From: Eledone cirrhosa
Lineage: Eukaryota
Length of the DNA: 64,000 nucleotides
Direction: 5' to 3'
Assembly (NCBI GenBank): GCA_964016885.1
Contig: OZ024740.1
Coordinates: forward strand, 369,210,001-369,274,000
Shown here: in pieces, positions 14,159-27,710 of the stretch
Layout of the letters: every line of letters begins with the position of its first letter
Numbering within the stretch: position 1 is the first letter of the stretch
The notes under the pieces: model-generated
What the model was told of the DNA's origin: nothing
The model's input: the letters and a program-made list of their open reading frames with translations, nothing else
The model's database searches: none
Made by a program: the position numbers and the translations under genes

Positions 14159-16031
14159 CTACCTTTCCGCTTCCCGGGGTTCGGGTTGCACGACTTCCAT
14201 GGGGTCGGGGGTGTTGGGTGAAGGGGTGTCTTGTGGTGGTGTGGGGTCGTCAGTGTGTGGTGGGGTTGGGGTGTTTGGAGTTGTGTTGGGGAGGGGAAGG
14301 GGAGGGGGAAAGCTTTTTAGTAGGACGCGGTTTATGGGTTTGACAGAGGGTGGTCCTACGTCCTCCTTAAAATCCTTTTTTAGTTTTTGGTAGAGGTTCA
14401 TTGGGATCTTTATTAGTTTTAAATGTGGGTAGTTTTCTGAAGAAACAAAATTTACACCTTCGGTTTGTACCGAAGGATTATTGTATATGAGTTCATTTAA
14501 TTTATTATTGTTTCTGTTGATGTAAGTATAGTGTAATGTCTTTTTTTCGGATGGTGTGAGTGCTTCGAAGAGGAGAGGGGCAGGTTTGGTTTTGTTTGTT
14601 GCTGGAGGGGTGTTTTCTGTTTTGTTGGATTGTGTTGAGATTTGGGTGGGGGTTGTTTGGCCTTGTGTGTTTTGCACATGTTTTCTTTTTTTCCTTTTAA
14701 TCTGTCTGAAGGACTCCGTTTCTTCCTCCGAATTCGTTGGGTTATCTTCAGTGTTGGAGGGAAGAGGTATGTTTGCTGGTAATGTTTCCGTGTTGGTTTT
14801 CTTTGTGGGGGAGATGGATGTCACTATGTTAGACTGTGTTGTGTGTTGTGTCTGCGGTGGTTGTGTTGTTTTATTGAGTGAGAGGTTGGGTGGGCCTCTA
14901 TTTTGTTTTGGGGTAATGTGTTGTGACTGTTTGTGTTGTGGTGGTGGTGTGGTTTTACTGAGGGACGGGTTGGGTGGGACTGGGTTTTGTTGTTTGTTTA
15001 TCTGTTGTGGTGGTGGTGGTGGAGCTGGTGTTGGTAGCAGGGTTTTCTTTTTGTTGAGTTGGGGACAAGCGGCCTTCAGGTGCCCTCTGCCTGCACATAT
15101 ATGGCAGGACGGCCTTCTCCCCTCCACGCTAATGTTTATATACCCGTGGCCCTCTAATAGGATTCTGTCGGGTATTTGGGCGATACGTTCAGGCTTCATT
15201 TGCACTACCAGCTCTATACCTGTTCCACTGAACGCATTGCCTGTGGTTTTCCCGATGGAAATCACGTTGTCATTCACTGGATCGATGAAGCCAGCTATGA
15301 GCCTGCAGTAGTCCACATCTGGCATCATTGCATCCAGCCATATGCGTTGAGTTCTTTTACCCATATAAGATGGATAAAAGGTAAAATTTTTCGAACGAAT
15401 CGGTGACAACACATTTTTTTGCCGCCGATTCGTTCTTCATGATAATTGCTAGGCTTCCATACAGTCTGTCTTTTCTTATGAAAGTGGTTTCATTAAGTAC
15501 TTCTGTGAGTACTGTTTTGATATCTGCTTGAGAGGGCTGTTCATTTTTTTTTATACTGTTGTTGATGGTGCGAAACTTGACCGTTCGGCTTTCAATGTCT
15601 TTGATGAATTCTTGAGGCATTTTTACCGATAAAATACCATTCTCTCCTTCACTTATGTATTGTTTGGCGTCTGTGATTCGTCGTGCCACATCTGAAATAT
15701 TTTCCGGTATATAAGTCAAAGATTTCTTTGTTGTCTGTGCAAATGAAATCTTGTCGTCTGCTTTGCTTTCTGTTATGGTGTTATTTTCAAATGTTATTTT
15801 TGTGTTTGTTGTGTCTTTGTTTGTGTTATTAGTATTGTCATGCAATTTTTCAAATTTTTTTTTTTCGTTGTTGGAATCCATGTCCAGATTTGTGTTTTCG
15901 TCATTTTTTTTTTTCGCAGATTCGTCTGTTTTTATTTTAATTTTTCGTTCCTTCTCTATGACGTTAGTTGGAAAGGAAGGGGGGACTAAAGCGTGCGAGC
16001 TTACAACTCTTACCGCTGTCCCCCCCACCAC
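14159..16031 (-). pseudogene. LINE ORF1 (gag-like, CCHC zinc knuckle, Pro/Thr/Gln-rich tail), one frameshift
   Basis: ORFs 15357-16031 and 14159-15412 overlap at a T-run (~15414-15420). Motif CHICAGRGHLKAAC matches CX2CX4HX4C. Confidence 0.8.
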
Positions 16032-16356
16032 TATTTTCGTTCGCTGCGTTTAACATTTCTATTAGACGATTGAAATTTTTTTGCCACAAAATTTTTTAAA
16101 ACAGGTTTTTCACCTCTAGGAGGGGTAAAGATGAGCTGACCCACCGACTGACAGTTCAGACGGGGGGTCAAGCTACACAATTGTATCAAAATTAAATTTG
16201 AACTCACAAAATTTCCGCAATAAATTTGAACAAAACTTCTGCGCGAAGTGAATTACATCCACACTGTAGAACGGACGACAGCTAGTATATATATACATAA
16301 AGATAGATAGATAGATAGATAGATACACACACATACTCACAAACACACACACACAC

Positions 16357-16423
<67 letters not shown>

Positions 16424-17186
16424 CACATATGTATGTGAGTGTGAGAAAAAGAAAAGGAGAGTGTGTGTAAGTGTTGTTGATGTTGCTACGCATTTTATTA
16501 TCTATCTCTGTTTATGTTGCTACTGCTGTTGTTATTATCTGTGTTGTCAGTGTTGCACGTGTTACTGCTTTCTATAGCATTACAGCTTTCTTGAAGTAAC
16601 AACTGCTGCTTCACTTGATCATTTCTATTTCATTCGTTGTTGTTGCTACAGTTTCAACAGCTGACCTCATTGTTGTAATACCGCCTTCAATGATGACAAT
16701 GACGACGATGATAATTACGTTGATGATGATAGATATTTTTATTGTGAATATGACGGTGAGCTGATGATGACGAGAATGAAGTTGATAAAAGAGTATTAAG
16801 GTTGCTGCTGTACCTACTTCTGTTGCTGCTGGTGGCGGTGGTGGTGGTGGAAGTCGTGGAGGTAATGGTGGTGGTGGTGGTGGTGGTATTCTTCCTGTTC
16901 GTTGTCTAGGTCCCCAAGATGATGGTTATGTTGTGGATTTACTATAGCAGCAGGTGAGACATAGTCGTAGAAGCGTTTAATAAAACCTGTTGACGAACGT
17001 ATCCAGGTGGAACATTATTTTACGCGATTCGAATAGAATGTATCAGCCGATGATTCGTCCAACACACAGATAAATAAACTGGCGATACGAATACATACAT
17101 AATATACACAGAAGTAGATACGAACACGAAGCACACGTTTGTTATCACATTAATATGCATTCACACACACACGCCACACGAATATA

Positions 17187-17259
<73 letters not shown>

Positions 17260-17346
17260 CAAGTATACTGTTCAGCTTTTCTGTTATTCAATCTTTGTTT
17301 TCATATTTTCTAACTGAAAACACGTATACGTATGTAATAATTTGTA

Positions 17347-17406
<60 letters not shown>

Positions 17407-17409
<3 letters not shown>

Positions 17410-17590
17410 TAAGATGAGAGTGGGCCATAACGCACAAGAGTACTCGATTCTTAGAGTAGTATAATCAGTAGTAGGAAATGAGTCAGGACCTCGACGGCTA
17501 AGCTCCGGCAGCTAGATTCGAAATAAACAGTTCGTATGTAATTGTCGAAACGGCTGGATCTCAGCCACCGGGGTCATGACTCCTTTCCTA
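17407..17590. mobile_element. Diverged miniature foldback pLTR insertion in (TA)n
   Basis: ccataacgcacaagagtactc...aggaaatgagtcaggacctcgacggct / gtcgaaacggctgg...ggggtcatgactcctttccta. Confidence 0.65.
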
Positions 17591-17709
17591 TATATATATA
17601 AACGCCGATATCCCTATGATCTGCAGATAACAGCTGATGAAGGGTTTCTACGCTTGTTTCGTCATATTTCCATCTTAATATTTGTTTACAGTATCCACAC
17701 AGTCAGTTT

Positions 17710-17767
<58 letters not shown>

Positions 17768-18242
17768 GTGGAGAGAATCTCGATAAATTAGAAGAGAAAG
17801 AGCAAGTAAGCCTAAGTTGGGTGTAGATATGTTCACATGGTCTTTAAATGATTGATTCACAACCTGGTCGTCACCGGCTGGGCCAGCCGATACTCTATTA
17901 GAAAATGTAGCTGATCAGCCAATGTAAATAGATTTCTAAACTGTATCTTTTCGATGATATTAAGTTCCAGCAGTATGCGGAGTCAGGGAGTGCTAGCTTT
18001 CTGATGGCAAGCGTCACAAATGATGACGTCATCATCGTTAATTACCTGTACTCATCTTCTTCTGGGACAATCTCGATAGCGCTACCTCATCAGCTTTCAA
18101 ATCCATAGCTGAAGGCTTTTAAAATGCTGATTCAGAAACATACACCATTTCGCCAGATTTACAAATTAACATGCTAGAGTTAATGCCCTTTCACACACAC
18201 ATTCACATACACTCATTCACATACGCACTCACACACACACAC

Positions 18243-18337
<95 letters not shown>

Positions 18338-18340
<3 letters not shown>

Positions 18341-19198
18341 CATTATGAAGAGAGAAGAAACATTAGATGTAATTAATAATAAGATATACCATACCAAAAT
18401 TCCTTCTTTACTCCTCGACGACGTAGTTTCGTTGAATATTATAAAAAAACACTACATCACAGAGATATAGAATTATTGTGAGGTCTGCCGACTTATCAAG
18501 AGGATACCTCATTAAGAGTTTCAAAATACGTCCGTAGGACGCGAGATAGATTCCCGAAAGGCGAGTCACTTACGTGATACAGCGGTCAAGAAACAGATAA
18601 TAATCATTATAACCATGAAAAAAATGCCACGGTGGCGGAGGGGGTACTTATATCAAAGCCGTAGAAGAGGTGGCTAAGGTGGAGAGATGTATGAGTAATG
18701 ATAGCTTTCCAGCAGTCATTACACTTCAATGGTTACTCTACCAAAGGGAGTTATAAATAATATATAGAAACACACAGACAAATGCGGACAAATACATATA
18801 CATGAATATACCCACATATATCTTTGAATTAGTGGTGCCAACCTCAACCGATGTCGCTCTATGAATAACTGGGACAAAATAATCCGAATGGATTAGATTG
18901 ATTCAGTATCAGAGCTATATAATACATTATGAAGAGAGAAGAAACATTAGATATAATTAATAATAAGATATACCATACCAAAATCCTTCTTTACTCCTCG
19001 ACTACGTAGTTTCGTAGCATATTATGCAAAAACACTACATCACAGGGATATAGAATTCTTGTGAGGTCTGTCGACTTATCAAAAGTATATCTCATGAAGA
19101 GTTTCAAAACACGTCCGTAGGACGCGAGATAGAATCCCGAAAGGCGGAGGGGGAGTCAATCACGTGATACAGCGGTCAAGAAACAGAGGTAAGATTAT
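18338..19198 (-). mobile_element. Tandem 1.5 copies (584-bp period) of the same retrozyme-like family, between (TA)n tracts
   Basis: cattatgaagagagaagaaa at 18341 and 18925. Homologous to 60320-60776. HHR motifs with the UUGAUAA core at 18412-18504 and ~18995-19087. Confidence 0.75.
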
Positions 19199-19217
19199 AT
19201 ATATATATATATATATA

Positions 19218-19304
<87 letters not shown>

Positions 19305-19736
19305 GTATATATACAATGATATTAAATAAATGGAAACTATATTTATAAAACCATATTTATTCTATTATATATATCTAAAGGGTACCACAACTTTGGTACG
19401 CTTTCATCAGATAAAATACGAAGTGTGTTTTATAAATTTTGACATAACCAAGGAAAATACCTTAACGGTTCAAGTTGTCGTTGGATACTGGAGGGATAAG
19501 AGAAGAAAAGTCAGATATTTCAAATTGTTAAGATGAGTATGCAAATGAGTATGCAAATGAGGTTGAGGTAAAGGGCTGATAAAACGTTATGTTAGAGGCT
19601 ATGGAGAATTTAAATAATTATGATATGTATTTTATCTAATGAAAGCGTACCAACGTTTTGGTACCCTTGAAATATATATAATAGAATAAATATGGTTTAT
19701 AAATATAGTTTCCATTTATTTAATATCATTGTATAT

Positions 19737-19807
<71 letters not shown>

Positions 19808-20108
19808 CTTACCTCTGTTTCTTGACCGCTGTATCACGTGATTGACTCCCCCTCCGCCTGTCGGGATTCTATCTCGCGTCCTACGGACGTGTTTTGAAAC
19901 TCTTCATGAGATATACTTTTGATAAGTCGACAGACCTCACAAGAATTCTATATCTCTGTGAATATTATACTCCAGAAAACCTATCGAGTCCTCTGAATCA
20001 GTTATAAACATTTATACTTGTTGAATTACCAACAAATTGAATATCCCTTCTGCTTATAAATAGCTCCTTTAACTTTGAGCACTTTGAAATATAACTGATT
20101 GCAAAATA

Positions 20109-22547
20109 ATGGAATTATTTAGGATTTCTTCTTCTCTAAAAGATGTACCCTTACCTAAAATTAAAGAATATCTAAAACAACTCATTGAGAAATCTGACTC
20201 ATTTATACGAAGAATTAGATGGCGTGCTTTCCATTTTGATAGAAAATCGGATGACCAAATAAATAAATACAGTTACAACTTTCATATTATCTTCAAATCT
20301 AAGAAGAATCCACCTAGCAACAAACTACTAGCTGAATTTGAAAATGAAGTAATATCTATTATACAAAACATTAAAATAAAAAAAAACAATTTATGGTCCA
20401 GGAGTACCTTAAAGGCCTCAAGAATAAAATAGTGAATCTAGAAAAAATTAAGAGGATCCTCGTAAAATCTGATAAAACAAATAATTTATATGGTATGGAA
20501 AAGGACGAATATAATACCCTTATATTGAAAGAACTCAGAAAAAACTACAAAATACAATCAAATGAAGATCTTTCAACGTTAAATAGAGAAGATTCTGAAA
20601 TTATTTATAAATTAGGCGTCAAAATAGGACTTGACCCTTTATATCTAGAAAACCGAAAATTAACCTGAAGGACAACAAAAGCAATTTTGAAATTGAACTA
20701 CCAGTCAGACTCATCGCACCATCTAAATCGGATTTAGGCATAATTAGGAAAAATATATTAGATAGAAGTATACTCCAACCTAAAGAAAAATCACACCTTA
20801 AACTATGGAACGGTACTAATAAAATTATAGATTGGTTCAATAATATAAAATTAAAACATAACAAAAAATAATTCAAATGGATATTGCAAATTACTACTCC
20901 CTATTACCCCTAGTTTACTCAATAAGGCACTTATCTACCCGTCTAAACATACAGACCTATCTAGTGATAAAATGAATATAATTCTAACAGCACGTAAAAC
21001 ACTAATAGAATTTAATAATCATCTCTGGACAAGAGCCGACAGAAAAAAAACAATTTTGATATCACTATGGGATCATCTGACTCGGCGCAAGTAACGGACC
21101 TCGTTGGATTATTTATTAATAATGTACTGCATAGGAAAATGCCAGAGATGACCGGAGGTATATATCGTGACAATGTGTTGCTTTTAATTGAAAACCATAG
21201 CAATAGTGAAATTAATAGTAAAAGGAAATCCATAAAACAATTTTTCAACTACTACAACCTTAAGTTAGACAGAGAATAACTACAAAATCGTTAAATTCTT
21301 AGATGTAACCTTAAACATTGCCAAAGGTATTTACTATCCTTTCCATAAAATTAATGAAAATCTAAATTATATAAGTTTCAATTCTAATCATCCTAGAAGT
21401 ATTAAAAACACTATTGTCAATAGCGTCCAACAAGGGATTTCAAGCATCTCTGCTAATAATATATTTGATGAAAAGGCTGAATATTATAATGAAGCTGTAC
21501 ATAGAGCAGGATACTCGAATAAAATTAAATACATAGATAACAATAACATGAAAAATCATCATAGTATTAATAATAATAATAATTGTTTCTACTTTTGGCA
21601 CAAGGCCAGCAATTACCCAGTACATTACTGGTACTTTATTTTATCGACCCCATAAGGATGAAAGGTAAAGTTAACCTCGGCAGGATTTGAACTTAGAATG
21701 GCAAGGGCCGTAACTCTATGCTAGAAAGCATGGCGTCCGTCCCTATACCGATGCTGCGAACAATAATAATAATAAACAATTTAACTTAAACACTAAACCA
21801 AAAAAAACTAGAACTAGAAATATTATTTGGTACTCACTCCCTCATTCTCATTAAGCGTTAAAACACCTTTACCAAAGCTATTCTTTAAAGCACTAGATAA
21901 ATGTTTTACTAAAGCCTACAAATACCACTCTATTTTTAACATACATACTATAAAACTATCTTACTCTACTACTATGAACATAGCACAACATATAAATAGA
22001 ATTAATAATAGAAACTTAAATTTAAACCCTAACCAAACTAACCAAAATAACAATAATAATATTTCTAACAACAATATTCAGAATAATTGTACCGTTCCGA
22101 ACAACAACAACTCCAGTAAATGTAACTGTAGAATCAAATCAAACAGCCCTTCACAAAATAATTGTTTTAGACAAAAACGTAGTTTATATATGCACAGTTT
22201 AAAACTAGAGACAAACTATTTAACTATATTGGTGCCACTTCAACAAAATTCAAAGAACGCTGGATAACCATAAACACACATTTAGAAGATCTGATAAAAA
22301 AATCTTCTACTTCACTTTCACATCTAATTTGGAACTTAAAAGACAATATAAACTATTCAATATCTTGGAGAACGATTTCAAAACACCTGCATACTGCAAT
22401 ATGGCTTTATCAAGATTCTGTAACTTGTGTATCGAAGAACTTTTTTATATAAATAACTGTCAAAGCTCTATTAATCTTAGAACAGAATTATTTTCTTCTT
22501 GCAGACATTGCCAAAATTCCAAGTTCAGAACTATTTTTAATTTATAA
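20109..22547 (+). pseudogene. Frameshifted PLE RT/GIY-YIG ORF
   Basis: RRIRWRAFHFD, VKSDKTNNLY, MGSSDSAQVTDLVGLF, YRDN, IKLSYSTT, CNCRIKS and CNLC, collinear with the 29366 ORF. Interrupted by a SINE at ~21581-21760. Confidence 0.88.
21581..21760 (-). mobile_element. SINE inserted into the family-B PLE ORF
   Basis: Reverse complement of the SINE consensus, flanked by (AAT)n. Confidence 0.85.
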
Positions 22548-23675
22548 TATTCCTATACACCTTCAAAATGATCCTATCTCATCTAAAAATTAAAATGTAA
22601 ATTTTTAAAATTTTTTAATATTTTTAATATTTTTAATATTTTTTATATTTCTAATTTTTTTAAATATCTCTAATATTTCTAACATTTTTACCTTTTCACA
22701 TTAATTTTGTTTAAAATATATATTTAATATTTTTAATTCTGACATTATTTTTCTAATGATACCCCTCTAAATATATTTTTTTAGATGCAGATTGATAATC
22801 TTTAATTGAAATTCTGAAAATGTATCCTCTTTACGATAGTTCTTCGAAAAGCACATTACGTTTTTCCTCGCTTTTTTGATATCCAAACATTCACACATCT
22901 TTCGACTAAAATAATTAATCACAGACAAAATAATATATCATTTACTCTATATATGTTTTAGTAAATCACTCATCAAATTTAACGGTTAACAAACACAATT
23001 GTAGTTATCTTTCCTTTCTCAATCGGGCAAACATAAACATATTATGTATGATAATCTGTATAAGTTCGCTAAATTAACAATATTCTGAAAACATTTTCAA
23101 TGTTGAACAGAATATTCGAATCTACAAATTGTTGTCCTCTCACAACTTGAACCACCTATTTGTTTATGTAAATTACAAAATCAATATCCTTCGTAACTCA
23201 TTAAAAATATGAACAACTAATAATTATAAATTATTTCTATTTTTATGATACGCAATTATTAATCTTAATAGATATGTATATACATATAACCTATTGAAAT
23301 GTAATAAGATAAAAATACCTACAACCATAATTCTTCATATAATCTAATTAATTATATATACAATAGTATAACTCATAATATAATTAAATAAATTTAAATT
23401 CAAACTCACGAATCATATTCCACCTTTTCCCCTTCTTCTTTTTTCTTCTTTCCTACGCATACAAACACATCGTAATTATTTAAATTCTCCCTAGCGTCTA
23501 AAATAACGTTTTTTCAGCCCTTTACCCCAACCACATTTGCATACTCATTTGCATACTCATCTTAACAATTTGAAATATCTTACTTTTCTTCTCTTATCCC
23601 TCCACTATTCAAGGAAAACTTGAACCGTTAAGGTATTTTCCTTGGTTATGTCAAAATAAAAAAAAAACCACTTCG

Positions 23676-23736
23676 TATTTTATCTGATGAAATCGTACCC
23701 ATGTTTTGGTACCCTTGACATATATATAATAGAATA
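23676..23736 (+). ncRNA. Minimal hammerhead relic in the family-B pLTR (other copies ~19628-19688 plus, ~19357-19418 minus)
   Basis: tattttat CUGAUGA ...gtacc/ggtac... GA(C)A UAUAUA UA atagaata. Each copy has a different core lesion, so the consensus is intact. Confidence 0.6.
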
Positions 23737-23933
23737 AATATAGTTTTAAAAATATAGTTGCCATTTATTTAATATCATTGAATATTATACTCCAGAAAAC
23801 CTATCGAGTGCTCTGGATAAGTTATGAACATTTATATTTGTTGAATTATCAACGAATTGAATATCCTTTCTGCTATATGTATATATATATATATGTATAT
23901 ATATAAATATACATACACATACACATAAAAACA

Positions 23934-24110
<177 letters not shown>

Positions 24111-24628
24111 TATATATATACATACATACACATACACATAAAAACACAAACACACACATATATATACATATATATACATAATTATATAAATAAATATATA
24201 AAATTAAATAAACGACCGTGTGCAGTCACATTACCATACAAAGTCAAAATACATATAAAAGAAATCAAATTAATAAATAACTAAAAGTAAAAAATAAAGT
24301 CAAATTTAAAAAATAATAATACTTTGTAACTGGATTGACATTCCTACGATGACTCAACCGCTTTGAACTCTTCTTTACTCATTACGCCTTACATCCACTA
24401 CGATTATTATTACTCTGTGAACTCACATTCCTTACCCATATATTCTTTTTCTCCCTCATCTCCTCTTATATTTATATATTTTTTCCTATGTTATTTATTT
24501 TTCCTATTCCCCCCTACTTTCTGCCTTACCCTTTGCACACCCACCTCTTTTATATATAGATCTTTACTTTTTTGTGTGTATGTATGTATATGTATATATG
24601 TGTATGTGTGTATGTGTATATATGTGTG

Positions 24629-24693
<65 letters not shown>

Positions 24694-24695
<2 letters not shown>

Positions 24696-24983
24696 TGGTA
24701 AACGGAAAGGAAAATGCTGACAAATTGTTCACAGTGATGTGATGTCCGTGATGTTTGCTCTGATCTGAGCAAACATCACGGACGCTCTATCTTAAAATTA
24801 TTTTTGAAAAGCATTAGAAATGCGCAACCGGTAAAACTTAAAACCAAGACTGAATACTAACCAATACTATTACTAATTCTCACTTATTCCTAATGAAACT
24901 ATTTTTCACTGTGAACAATATGTCAGCATTTTCCTTTCCGTTTACCAATATATCATAACTCGTGTGTTACACCTCTATTCTTT

Positions 24984-24987
<4 letters not shown>
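24694..24987. repeat. Dispersed (TA)n-flanked repeat with 5' inversion (second copy ~51582-51815)
   Basis: 24694-24735 is the reverse complement of ~24906-24950; internal hairpin at 24744-24783; shared body with 51582-51815. Confidence 0.75.
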
Positions 24988-26163
<1,176 letters not shown>

Positions 26164-26270
26164 CTTGATGGTTTTTTATATATTTCAATCTCTATTTTAT
26201 TTGTCTATTCAAAACCTGTTACCTAACAGACCTAGTGTATTGAATCTTTGTTCTTATCAATAAACAAGCA

Positions 26271-26411
26271 TCATTATTTCTGAAGACAGCATATATATGT
26301 GAAGGTATGTATATTCCCTCTGATAGTTTGTATAATATTGTACATAGATCTATAGAATATCCATACCAATTCTAACACATGTATGTCCTAGAAACGATCG
26401 TAAAATAATGA
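26271..26411 (+). ncRNA. Type-I hammerhead ribozyme with ~100-nt extended helix II
   Basis: tcattattt / CUGAAGA / long hairpin (atatatgtg:cacatgtat; ggtatg:catacc; atattc:gaatat) / GAAAC-GAUC-GUA / aaataatga. Confidence 0.72.
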
Positions 26412-26485
26412 ACTTTTTTTGTTTAATATAAGGAACTGTTTCTTTGTTTATTCATTATTTTTTTAAATAATTTATATATATATAC

Positions 26486-26792
<307 letters not shown>

Positions 26793-27386
26793 TATATATA
26801 TATATTTAATTTGTGCTTTTGCTTACCACGTGTGTTTGTTTATTTATTTTTATTTGTGTTTTTTCGTATCGCTGTCAACTTGGTAATTTTTTTATTTTTA
26901 TTTCTTTTTTTTTTTAAATTAGACTTTATTTTTACTTTTATTTATTTATTATTTTGATTTCTTGTATATGTATTTTGTCTTTGTATGGTGATGTGACTGC
27001 ACATGGTGGTTTATTTATTTTTATATATTTATTTATATAATTATGTATATATATGTATATATATATATTTAGATGTTAAATAAAGTTCAATGAATAAATC
27101 AATGAATAAAGTTTTACAATAGATTAGAAAAACTCCACAGAAATGGTTTTCCGGAGTTATTAATATTAATTCAAAATATTAACAAAAATAAACATTCGTC
27201 AGATCAAGTATATTTTATTATACATATTTCAGAGGTACTGAGCTATCTTCAGCAGTACATCCTCATCAGATAAAATAAGATGATGCGTGACATACCTTGA
27301 CTAAGTAGATGGTTAAAATTCAGTCATGGCAGTGAATAAGATAGGACAAAACTCAATATTTAGTCAAGGTATGTCATGCATCAACT

Positions 27387-27453
27387 TATTTTATCTGATG
27401 AGGACATACCGTTGAAGATAGCTCAGTACCTCAGAAATATATATAATAAAATA
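27387..27453 (+). ncRNA. Minimal type-I hammerhead (inverted twin at 27211-27277, minus)
   Basis: tattttat / CUGAUGA / helix II / GAAA-UAUAUA-UA / ataaaata. Confidence 0.68.
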
Positions 27454-27616
27454 TACTTGATCACACGAATGTCTATTTTTCTTAATATTTTGAATTAATA
27501 TATATATATATATATATATATATAACGAAGGAAATGTGGTAAGGAACCAGGTGGACCATAACGCAACAAAGTACTCAATACTTGAGGTAGTAGAGTGGGT
27601 AATAGGAACCAGTAAG

Positions 27617-27710
27617 ACCCCGACAGCTGAGCTCAAGCCGTTTCGACGGCTAATTCTGGACTAAATGAAAATTTATCCTGGTATTTAAATAGCCGATCTT
27701 CTCAAGGGGT
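27617..27710 (-). ncRNA. Type-I hammerhead ribozyme, U3-A8 variant (inverted arm, family A)
   Basis: Reverse complement of the 32643-32736 motif. Confidence 0.8.

Larger units (their letters stand above)
10471..16285 (-). mobile_element. Full-length Tx1/L1-clade non-LTR retrotransposon (decayed) inserted at a (TA)n edge
   Basis: Contains ORF1 and ORF2 (APE-RT-Cys). A 20-bp direct repeat tatatatatacataaagata lies at 10451-10470 and 16286-16305 (TSD). AATAAA on the minus strand at 10477-10482 precedes a short A-rich 3' end. Confidence 0.9.
19314..23875 (+). mobile_element. AT-rich Naiad PLE, family B (decayed), with inverted pLTR arm at 19314-19620 and direct pLTR repeats
   Basis: 19314-19620 is the reverse complement of ~23475-23780. 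19630-19731 and 19961-20054 are repeated at 23678-23873. Flanked by (TA)n. Confidence 0.85.

Noticed and set aside
14556-15311. 251-aa plus-strand ORF
   Set aside because: Antisense shadow of the low-complexity LINE ORF1.
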